Source: Squalus acanthias (taxonomy: Eukaryota). Taken from it: a stretch of DNA of 64,000 bases. Positions within the stretch are counted from its first letter, which is position 1, and each line of letters begins with the position of its first letter. The position numbers and the translations under genes are program-made. This document shows positions 38,791-49,289 of the stretch, piece after piece. Below the pieces are notes generated by a model, which was given only the letters and a program-made list of their open reading frames with translations, ran no database searches and was not told where the DNA came from. The stretch spans positions 68,264,001 through 68,328,000 of the forward strand of contig CM059432.1 of NCBI GenBank assembly GCA_030390025.1, written 5' to 3'.

Positions 38791-38996
38791 TTCCAAAATA
38801 ACTTACTCATGTGGACCCTGTACCAAAGGTGCAAAACCAGCCTCTAAGGAAGGTTACATACAGAATATTAATAGGCTTGGTGCTCTCCAGTGATATCAGT
38901 ATATAATTTAACTAAAAATCATTTTGTTCCATCATACTAAATTTAGTAGTTCACAGATTAAAAACTACGTTGACATATTTATATAGTAAATATTAT

Positions 38997-39695
38997 GGGA
39001 CTGATTTTAAATTTAGGTGGGCATCAGATGGGATATAGGAAGTGCAATTGTGATGCCCACCCAATGTCCTTGCCGAGAGGCCCGAGCCATTACAATGTTT
39101 TGGGCCTTATTTCAATATACACAGCGAGCTACCCTACTGAAGCAGAGCTCACAGCCAGCTCACCATTCAGCGGGGAGGCAGAAAATCTGGCGACAACTAC
39201 GTGGAGCTGAGCCAGAAGTGATAACATAAATTGGGGAGGCAAATGTGGGAGACGAGCATGAAGGGGCCATGAGCAGGTAGGAAGATTTGTGTGGGACACG
39301 AGGAGACGCATTCATGCCCCTCCTGGCCCTGCAAAAATCTTTTTTTTTTAATTACCTTTCACATTTTTCTGAGCAGCCTACAGCAGTCCCTTTAAGAACC
39401 GCTGGTTAGACCGCACTACACCGAGTATGAATGGGCAGAGCATGCCCGATGTACACTCTGGCCGTTGGTACCTCAAAATTGCACTGGGTTCCTGTATATG
39501 TCATAGGACCCCAATATGCTTGTGACAAGTAAACTCTGCCTGAAACAGCCGGGGGCCTGGGCCACCCTTGTGAAGGCGCCAAACAAAATGGCAGCGGAAG
39601 GAGCATGAGTGAGAATGGGGCATAAGTTCAGTGCCACGATTTTAGGAGCACTACCATTCTGATGCCACCTGATGAGGGCTGTGAAAATCAGCCCC
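38997..39695. mobile_element. Harbinger-type MITE
   Basis: Inverted termini GGGACTGATTTT / AAAATCAGCCCC. Confidence 0.6.
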
Positions 39696-39699
39696 CACT

Positions 39700-41868
39700 T
39701 TTGATATTAAATGACATTCTTAGTCCAGTGACGTGAGCCTCCACAACCAGCACAGGTAGATTGGAAAAGGCAATTGGAGGGTAAAGCAGTAACGGAGCAA
39801 TGGAGGGCATTCAGGGAAGAGATAGTTCAGGTGCAAACTAAGCATATTCCTCTGAAGGGAAAAGGTAGAGCATCCAAAGCTAATGTGCCCTGAATGACAA
39901 AGGAAATAAAAGTTAAAATAAAATAGAAAAAGGAGGCTTGTGACAAATGTCAGGAGCAAGATTCAATTAATAACCAGGGAGATTATGGAAAGTACAGGAG
40001 GGAACTGAAAAAGTTAATACAGGAGGCAAAGAGAGGTTACGAGACAAGATTAACAGGCAACATTAAATTGAACCTTAAAACATTTTATAAACATATAAAG
40101 TGCAAATGGTTAGCTAGGGAAAAAGTTGCGTCTATTAAGGACCCAAAGGGAAATCTTCATGTAGATGCAGAGGACATGGCTAAAGTATTAATGAATACTT
40201 TGCATCTGTCTTCACAAAGGAAGCGGATGATGTGAGGGTTATGTTAAAAGAGGAGAGAGAAGTTATGGACAGGATAATAATAGATAGAGAAGACGTACTA
40301 AAAGGATTAGCATTAATGAAAGTTGGTAATTCACCTGGTTCAGATGGAATGCATCTTAGGTTGCTGAAAGAAGCAAAGGTAGCAATAGCAGAGGCATTGG
40401 TCACAATCTTTCAATCCTCATTGGATACAGGAGTAGTGCTGGAGGACTAGAGGGTTGCTAATGTTATACCACTATTCAAGAAAGAGGAGAGGGATAAACC
40501 AGGAAACTACAGGTCAGTCAGCCTAACATTGGTGGTGGGGAAGTTAGTGGAAACCGTTAGCAGGGACAAAATAAACTTTCATTTGGAAAGGCATGGGTTA
40601 ATCAAGGAGAGCCAGCATGGATTTGTTAAAGGCAAATCGTGTCTGACTAACTTGATTGAATTCTTTAATGATGTAACAGAGAAGGTTGATCAAGGTAGTG
40701 CAGTAGATGTATATATGGACTTTCAGAAGGCTTTCGACAAAGTACCACACAGGAGGCTTATTAAGAAGGTGGAAGCCCATGGAATTAAGGGAAAGTGGTG
40801 GTATGGATACAAAATTGGCTCAGTGACAGGAAGCAAAGGGTGGTGGTGGATGGATATTTTTCAGACTGTATTTTGTAGTCGTGTTCTACAAGGGTCAGTT
40901 TTGAGTCCATTATTCTTTTCAATTTTTATAAATGACCTAGACTCATGTGTAGGGAACAGCATTATAAAGTTTACAGATGAAACAAAACTTGGCAAAGAAG
41001 TAGATTGTGATGAGGATAGTTCTAGGCTTCAGGGTGGCATAGACAGGATGGTGAAATGGGCAGAGAAGTGTGAAGTGATGCACTTTGGGAGGACTTATAT
41101 GGAAAGACAGTATATTAGAAATGGCACAATTTTGAAAAGTGTAGATGAGCAGAGAGAGACCTTGGTGTCCATATACACAAATCCTTAAAGGTGGCAGGGC
41201 AAGTTGATAAGGTAGTTAAAAAAGCAAATGGGTTACTTGGGTTTATAAATAGAGGCATAGAATATAAAAGCAAACAGCTCCTGCTAGAACTTTATAAATC
41301 ACTGGCTAGGCGTCAGCTGGAGTATTGTGGACAATTCTGAGCAACACACTTCAGGAAAGATGTAAGTGCATTAGAAAGGGTACAGAGAAGGTTTATCAGG
41401 ATGTTACCAGGGATGAGGGACTTCAGTTATGAGGAGAGGTTGGAAAAGTTGGGCTGTTCCCCAGGGAACAGAGTAGGTTAAGAGGTGACCTAATAGAGGT
41501 TTTCAAGATGATGAGAGGTTGTGATAGAGTAAATAGGGAAAACATATTCCCTCTGGTGAGTGGGTCAGTAACTGAAGGTCATAGATTCAAAATCATTGGC
41601 AAAAGGTCTAGAGGGAAGATGAGAATTCTTTTCACTCAGAGAGTTGTCGGGATCTGAAACGCTCTACCTGAAAAGGTTGTGGAAACTGATTCCATAAATA
41701 ATTTTAAAAGGGAGTTGTCCGGTACTTGAGGATGAGGAACTTACAGGATTACGGACAAAAAGCGGGAATGTGGGACTAAGCATGACGGCTTTCAAAGAGC
41801 CAGCACAGGCACGATGAGCCAAATGGCCTCTTTCTTTGCTGCAAGTTTCTATGATTCTATGATTCTAA
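39700..41868 (+). mobile_element. CR1 LINE, 5'-truncated, decayed
   Basis: SQHGFVKGKSCLTNLIEFF and YMDFQKAFDKVPH motifs; (TTCTATGA)n tail. Confidence 0.92.
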
Positions 41869-42726
41869 CTACATTGCAGCTACTGTCTCTCAGGTTCGGT
41901 TCATTTGGTTAAAGGAAAATTATCAAATGTTAGGAAATAAAGTCAAAACCAAAGAATAATTCATTTTAATTCGGTTATCCTCAGTCTAAAGCTCAAAATT
42001 TAAAAAAAACTGTGATACATTCAATATTATTTTTTAAATTGGTATCATTTTGTTACTTTGAAGGCATGTAATTTTTTTTTCCATTATGTTAAGTAAGTGC
42101 TCTTCCTTATCACAGAATGCATCTTTAGCATTAGGCAGCAGGAAAAGGTCTTGAAATTACTTTGTGTTAATAGTAGCATACGAATGCTTATTACATTTAT
42201 ATGAAGGTCCTCTGTCCTCTGTTTTAAGAGGTTTTTGTGTCTATTAAAATAGCAGCCAATAGAATTTCATACAAACGCGTTAAACATATTCAGATTCTTT
42301 ATATTCAAGGCCCAAATAAGCAAAAAAAAAGCAAGCTACAAATGTGAGAAAGTAAATGAGCTCCAAGATATTTTGTTATGCAGTTGTCGTGAGCTATTTT
42401 TGTTGTAAAGTTGCGCAATGCACTTAAGGAAGTATTATCATATTTCTTAATTTCATCACTTTGGGGGTGAAATTGACTTCAATGAAAAAGAAGATCGGGT
42501 GTGGTGAAAAACGGGCTGCCAATTTTCTATCAGCCTGTTTTGCGTTACTGGCATTGCCAATTTCATTCCCTTTCTGTCAAATCTAAATCTATTTTCAGAT
42601 ACCAGAAAGTACAACTTGTGTCTCCCTCCTTTCTGCTTCCATTTAACAAGAATCAAGCTTAGGAATGTGCACAAACAGGGAACGGAACCATTTCTAAACT
42701 AGAATAAAAGGGCCCCCAATATTTAC

Positions 42727-43480
42727 TGGGGCGGGTTTTCCAAGTTGTGGCGGGAGAGGAGGAATTCTGGAGAACGCTGTTGAGTTTTAACTCCACAGCG
42801 GTGTGTTTTCTTTTTAATAGGTTCCCCAGCTGGAAGCCAGCCTGATTGAGAGGCTTGGCTCCTTGTCGGGCAGACAAGGCTCCAGAAGAGCCCACAGCCC
42901 CAGGAGCAGGTAGGTTTCCTGATGTAGGTTGGAGATTGCGAGGGGAGGTGGGTACAGTGTGGTTTAGAGGGTCGGGAGGTGATCATGGGAGGTCGGAGAG
43001 AGATCGGATGCAAAGATGGGGGATCGGGTGCGTCGGTGATCACGGGGGTGGGGGCGGTCGGTGATCACAGTGGGGGGGGGGGGGGAGACCGATCATGTGG
43101 ATTGGAAAACAGGTTTGCTTAAGGGGCCGGGGGTGGGGGGAAGCACTCCTGCTCCTCCTGGCCCACAAGTAGTGCTGAAAAAGCACTTACCTCTTTCACG
43201 CAGCAGTCCTCGCCTCTCTTTAGCTGCCGGGTTTCCCGAGGACCGGGAAACCTGGCTGGCCAGCGTTAAACCTGGAAGAGAGATAAAATCTGAGGCACGC
43301 AGCCTCTTTAAATATTTAAATGAGCAACCCACCTCCTAGGAGCGTGTTGGTCACCCACCCTCTGTCCTGCCTCCTTTAAAACCAAAAGTGGGCGGGTTCA
43401 AGGCGGGTTGGGTTCGGGTTTGAGATTCTTTACACTTTAACATCCTACCCGACCCAAATCCACCCATTTTTACTTAAATT
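42727..43480 (+). mobile_element. MITE-like element (family shared with 52762-53498 and 55474-55815)
   Basis: Shared cactcctgctcctcc.gcccaca and cccgaccc..ccacccatttt segments. Confidence 0.65.
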
Positions 43481-43919
43481 CTTCCAAATCAATTTTTCAG
43501 CATTACAACACAAATTTAAAATTCAGTTTTAATGCAAAATGTGAGAACACAACAGGCAGTATGGTAATTGATGTAATTTTGCTATTATATCGTTCAGCTC
43601 TGTGTAAAAAAGCTGGCATACCTAGAAACCATTGCCATATAGTTTTAGAATACTGCTACTTCGCCTCTAAGGATTTTTATTTTGCAATGTTTACATCTTC
43701 TATACATTATTAAAAAATCAAATTCCTCATCAGCAGTTTGACAGTATCTTTTGTATAATTGTTTAGAGCTATGTTGTGTACTATTAGATTTTGAAACTGT
43801 TCTGAACATAGAAGTTTGCTATTGTCATTTTGTATTGTATATTGTTGATTTCATTTTTTTCTTGTATCTGGTTAATGTGCACAGGATCATTTCTTTGATC
43901 TCCATGTCATGTCATTTAC

Positions 43920-43991
43920 CAGTTGAACTTCTTCACTTAATTCTTCTTGCCAGAAGTCTTTATCCATAATTACAAATACATTATTTTCCAT
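43920..43991 (-). CDS. Candidate first coding exon of an unidentified host gene (MENNVFVIMDKDFWQEELSEEVQL)
   Basis: Two in-frame ATGs in A..ATGG context; CTG|GTAAAT donor; lies just downstream of the X-box/CCAAT cluster. Confidence 0.35.
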
Positions 43992-44068
43992 TTTGATATT
44001 GAATTTTAATTGGATATTTCTTTTTTTGGAGGGCGGAGACCTTTATTTTGATACAATCTCCTGATTTA

Positions 44069-44188
44069 GTTGCCCATGATTTGTGTTGTTTCAATTGGTT
44101 CCGTAGTTGTCATGGCTGTGATTCCAGAGACTGATTGGTTATATTAAAATGTGCAGCAGATTGGTGGTAATGTGGTTGCTAAGGGAAC
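44069..44188 (-). promoter_or_regulatory. Candidate RFX X-box plus CCAAT (NF-Y) promoter
   Basis: GTTGCTAAGGGAAC (44175-44188); partial X-boxes at 44069 and 44106; ATTGG at ~44094, 44134 and 44160, in non-repeat DNA. Confidence 0.45.
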
Positions 44189-44739
44189 ATTTATTATTTA
44201 GAACAACATTTCACCAGTAGTCAAAGGTTAATGTATGAGCATGTTCTGTCACACTCAAATGGAAGAAAGAATTTCTCTGTGTGTTTGGTGTAACAAAATT
44301 GTAAATCTGTTAATAAAGAACAGGTTTACAATGTTGTTACACATAGTACCCAGAGGAAATCTTCTCCTATAGAGAGTGAAAAGATTTATGTGAAATTGCC
44401 CATGATGGGTATCAGTTCATGGAGCTGAATGGTGTAATCCACAAAATAAATCATGAGTCTGGTTCTATCGAATTCTTCAAACAACATAAGATAGAGACAT
44501 TTGTGAAAATAAGTGTGTGTGGATTTTGTTTTAATGGAAGTGCAAAGTCTAGTCCTGAACTGCACTTCCAATTAGTTTCTAACAATTGCTGTTAATATTA
44601 ACTAAGGGAGCCTTAAAGTGATTTGTCCACTGTAACATTTCCAGGAATCTTTTTGCATGTGCTTCAGGAACAAAATCAAAGTAATAAATATCATTGCTTA
44701 ACTAATATTTCTGATCTTAACAGCATGGATACCTTCTAT

Positions 44740-45812
44740 CTTTTTTTTATTCATTCATGGGATGTGGGCATCGCTGGCAAGGCCAGCATTTATTGCCCAT
44801 CCCTAATTGCCCTCGAGAAGGTGGTGGTGAGCCGCTTTCTTGAACCGCTGCAGTCCGTGTGGTGAAGGTATTCCCACAGTGCTGTTAGGGACGGAGTTCC
44901 AGGATTTTGACCCAGCGACGATGAAGGAACGGCAATATATTTCCAAGTCAGGATGGTGTGTGAAATAAAAACAGAAAATGCTGGAAATACTCAGCAGGTC
45001 AGGCAGCATCTGTAGAGAGAGAAACAGAGTTAACGTTTCAGGTCGATGACCCTTCGTCAGAACTGGTGTGTGACTTGGAGGGGAACTTGGAGGTTGTGGT
45101 GTTCCCATGCGCCTGCTGCCCTTGTCCTTCTAGGTGGTAGAGGTTGCGGGTTTGGGAGGTGCTGCCGAAGCAGCCTTGGCGAGTTGCTGCAGTGGATCTT
45201 GTAGACGGTATACACGGCAGCCACGGTACGCCGGTGGTGGAGGGAGTGAATGTTTAAGGTGGTGGATGGAGTGCCAATCAAGCGGGCTGCTTTGTCCTGG
45301 ATGGTGTCGAGTTCCTTGACTGTTGTTGGAGCTGCACTCATCCAGGCAAGTGGAGAGTATTCTATCACACTCCTGACTTGTGCCTTGTAGATGATGGAAA
45401 GGCTTTGGGGAGTCAGGAGGTGAGACACTTGCCAAAGAATACCTAGCCTCTGAGCTGCTCTTGTTGCCACAGTATTTACGTGGCTGGTCCAGTTAAGTTT
45501 CTGGTCAATGGTGACCCCCAGGATGTTAATGGTGGGGGATTCAGCGATGGTAATGTCAAGGGGCGGTGGTTAGACTCTCGCTTGTTGGAGATAGTCATTG
45601 TCTCGCACTTGTGTGGCGCGAATGTTACCTGCCACTTATCAGCCCAAGCCTGAACATCGTCCAGGTCTTGTTGCATGTGGGCATGGACTACTTTATTATC
45701 TGAGGAGTTGTGAATGGTGCTGAACACTGTGCAATCATCAGCTGACATCCCCACTTCTGACCTTATGTTGGAGGGAAGGTCATTGATGAAGCAGCTGAAG
45801 ATGGTTGGGCCT
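44740..45812 (-). mobile_element. L2/CR1-group LINE, 5'-truncated
   Basis: Collinear with 12961-14670. Confidence 0.9.
44964..45063 (-). mobile_element. 100-bp Penelope-derived insertion with hammerhead motif (45028-45064)
   Basis: Perfect TSD TGGTGTGTGA (44954-44963 / 45064-45073); the empty site is visible in the sister LINE at ~13173. Confidence 0.93.
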
Positions 45813-46852
45813 TTTCTTTTTATTCCCTTTATACATACTAATTTCATTATTTTTCTCTAATTTGTTCAACTTCTGTGTGCAATAATATCAACCCTTGTAT
45901 AAACAATCAGTTGTGAAAAAATACAAATAGTGGTTTATTAACAAGAACCCAAAACTCATTGCAGTTCAAGGAGAAGCAGAGAAATTACGTAAAGTTTGGA
46001 TGCTAAGAATGCTCAAGAGGAGACTACTCAAGTTGACCTTGACTAAAAAGTAATCACTGGGGATCTTTGAGACTGTCATCTTGATTATTTTTGATGCGCC
46101 AGTTTGAGAGTTTCAGATTGAAGGTGAAGTAAATCCTACACTAAGCACTGCTAAAGCAAAAGAAGCATAGCCTGTTGCCTGGCAATATGACAAAAGGGAC
46201 AGAGGTATATCATGAGGTACAAAAGTCCTCCGTAATGACATGTACTAAAGACTGTGATTTATCTCCCAACTATGACCAATTCGAGGTGAATAGAAACTGT
46301 CACATTTCAGGATTGTTGACCTTTTCTTCATCCTGGAAAAGGTTTTGAGGTCAAGCTATGTTTATGAGTTGTGTTTTAGAATGAAGAAAGAAAGACTAAT
46401 TCATATAACGCCTTTCACAACCTTAGGACCTCTCAAAGCACTTTACAGCCAATTAAATACTTTTCTTTTTAAGTGTAGCACTTTATCATGTTTCAGAAAT
46501 ACCTCAATGCACTTCATTGGGGAAGCATTGCTCACAAGGTAATGCACTTTACATCCAAGGGAGAAATGAGTTGGAAAGCATAGCAGCTCAGGTCTGGACT
46601 GGCAGCTGTTATGCATGTGAAATGGAACAAAAGTGATGGTGATTATAATAAGAAAAATAACAATAGGAATTTAGGTATGGAGCGAGGTCAGGGAATGTGA
46701 TTAGAGCAGATATACACTTTGGATCAGATAGAAAACATGGACCTGACCTACTGGAAGATCAAAATCTGAGGCTTGCTTAGAAGTCAGGGAAACTTTGAAA
46801 GCCAGCCAGGAACAAGAGAAACTACCAAATTGTGAACAACATTCAAAAGAGA

Positions 46853-47476
46853 CCAAACGCAGATTGGGTGACCGCTTTGTGGAACACCTCCGTTCAATCT
46901 GTAATGGTGACTCCGAGCTTCCGGTCGCCTGTCACTTTAATTCTCCGCTCCACTCCCACTCTGACCTCTCTGTCCTCGGCCTCTTACACTGTTCCAATGA
47001 AGCTCAACGTAAGCTCGAGGAACAGCACCTCATCTTTTGATTAGGCACTTTACAGCCTTCTGGACTCAACATCGAGTTCAACAATTTCAGACCATAACCT
47101 CTGACCCTATCCTTTTTTTCATTTTTTTTCCTCTCTCTTTCACATGGCAGCTGTCGATCATTCTGCCATTGCCATTTACACTTCATCTGGAGCCATCTTT
47201 TGTTCCTTAACTTGTCCCATTACCATCTCCTTTTGCCTTGCATCATCATCCCTTTTGTCTTTTAATCTCTCCTGCATTCCATCCTATCACAGACCTTCCC
47301 TTTTGTTCTTTCCTCCCCTCCGCCCTTTCCCTGCTCCTGCGCTTGCTTAAAAACCTGTTCCATCTCCAGCTTTTTCCAGTTCTGACAAAGGGTCATTGAC
47401 CTGAAACATTAACTCTGTTTCTCTCTCCACAGATGCTGCCTGACCTGCTGAGTATTTCCAGCATTTTCTGTTTTTA
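46853..47476 (+). mobile_element. 5'-truncated Penelope copy (GIY-YIG tail, 3' UTR, mutated hammerhead)
   Basis: TKRRLGDRFVEH..; TSD ATTCAAAAGAGA (46841-46852 / 47477-47488). Confidence 0.93.
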
Positions 47477-47645
47477 ATTCAAAAGAGAAGAACCGGTACA
47501 AGGCTGTAATGTCCTTTGAATGAGGTCCTGAGAAGGCAATCGAAGTTTGGGATAAGCTTCCTGGTCGAGCTCTGGAGCACGTCAAGAAGTAGGGTGTCCT
47601 TGCTCAGTCTAAGACTCTTGTTCATTGCAGGAGTCCAGCCTGTAA

Positions 47646-48926
47646 ACAATCACAGAACAGAGAGTGGAGAACGCCAGTTAAAACAGTCACAGGACGGAGA
47701 GTGGAGAGCGCCAGTTCAAACAGTCACAGGACAGAGAGTGGAGAGCACCAGTTCAAACTGTCACAGGACAGAGAGTGGAGAGCATCAGTTCAAACTGTCA
47801 CAGGACAGAGAGTGGAGAGCACCAGTTCAAACTGTCACAGGACAGAGAGTGGAGAGCGCCAGTTCAAACTGTCACAGGACAGAGAGTGGAGAGCGCCAGT
47901 TCAAACTGTCACAGGACAGAGAGTGGAGAGCGCCAGTTCAAACTGTCACAGGACAGAGAGTGGAGAGCGCCAGTTCAAACTGTCACAGGACAGAGAGTGG
48001 AGAGCACCAGTTCAAACTGTCACAGGACAGAGAGTGGAGAGCACCAGTTCAAACTGTCACAGGACAGAGAGTGGAGAGCGCCAGTTCAAACTGTCACAGG
48101 ACGGGAGAGTGGAGAGCGCCAGTTCAAACTGTCACAGGACAGAGAGTGGAGAGCGCCAGTTCAAACTGTCACAGGACAGAGAGTGGAGAGCGCCAGTTCA
48201 AACTGTCACAGGACGGGAGAGTGGAGAGCATCAGGTCAAACTGTCACAGGACAGGAGAGCACCAGTTCAAACTACTTTATAATTTATCATTTAATCATGA
48301 CTTTGTAAATTAATTCCCCGTGTCCATACGAATGCGCGTTTTGGCTGCTGCTCCGGACCGGACAATCACAGGACAGAGAGTGGAGAGCGCCAGTTCAAAC
48401 AGTCACAGGACAGAGATTGGAGAATGCCAGTTCAAACTGTCACAGGACGGGAGAGTGGAGAGCGCCAGTTCAAACTGTCACAGGACAGAGAGTGGAGAGC
48501 GTCAGTTCAAACTGTCACAGGACAGAGAGTGGAGAGCGCCAGTTCAAACTGTCACAGGACAGAGAGTGGAGAGCGTCAGTTCAAACTGTCACAGGACAGA
48601 GAGTGGAGAACGCCAGTTCAAACTGTCACAGGACAGAGAGTGGAGAGCGCCAGTTCAAACTGTCACAGGACAGAGATTGGAGAGCATCAGTTCAAACTGT
48701 CACAGGGCAGAGATTGGAGAGCATCAGTTCAAACTGTCACAGGGCAGAGATTGGAGAACGCCAGTTCAAACTGTCACAGGGCAGAGAGTGGAGAACACCT
48801 GTTCAAACTGTCACAGGACAGGAGAGCATCAGTTCAAACTACTTTATAATTTATCATTTAATCATGACTTTGTAACTTAATTCCCCGTGTCCATACAAAT
48901 GCGCGTTTTGGCTGCTGCTCCGGACC
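47646..48926. repeat. 37-bp minisatellite in two arrays (~17 and ~13 units), each followed by the same ~90-bp tail
   Basis: Unit GGACAGAGAGTGGAGAGCGCCAGTTCAAACTGTCACA; blocks 47646-48358 and 48362-48926. Confidence 0.95.
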
Positions 48927-49289
48927 TGAGTTCCATCAGTTATATCTCTCCCTTTTTATCTCTTTCTTCTCTACCCTCCCCCAGCCATCGTGTCTGCTTT
49001 TCTTTCCCTGCCATCTACCCTTACTAACCCCTATTCTCCACTATTAATCATCCTTCCTACTCTCCTGCCGCCGCTCAAGTCTTGACTCCCTCCTGAATAA
49101 TTCCACAGCTTTCTTGGCATCCTTCGAACGACCCACTGAGGCACTCGTCGCTGCCTCCGAGCTAGCAGCAACCCAAATTTCCCAATCTTACTCTCTCCTG
49201 GCCTCCCCGCCCTAAACACCTGCTACGAGTTAATCGCGCCAACCTCCTCCCTGTCCCTCCCTGCTCTGCCCCTCTGGACTACGTCAGTA

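Noticed and set aside
47516..48880. Long repetitive ORFs (141-265 aa) in three frames
   Set aside because: A by-product of a stop-free 37-bp unit; no independent coding evidence.
47646..48926. CRISPR-like array
   Set aside because: The 37-bp units are directly adjacent with no unique spacers, the context is eukaryotic, and there are no cas genes.
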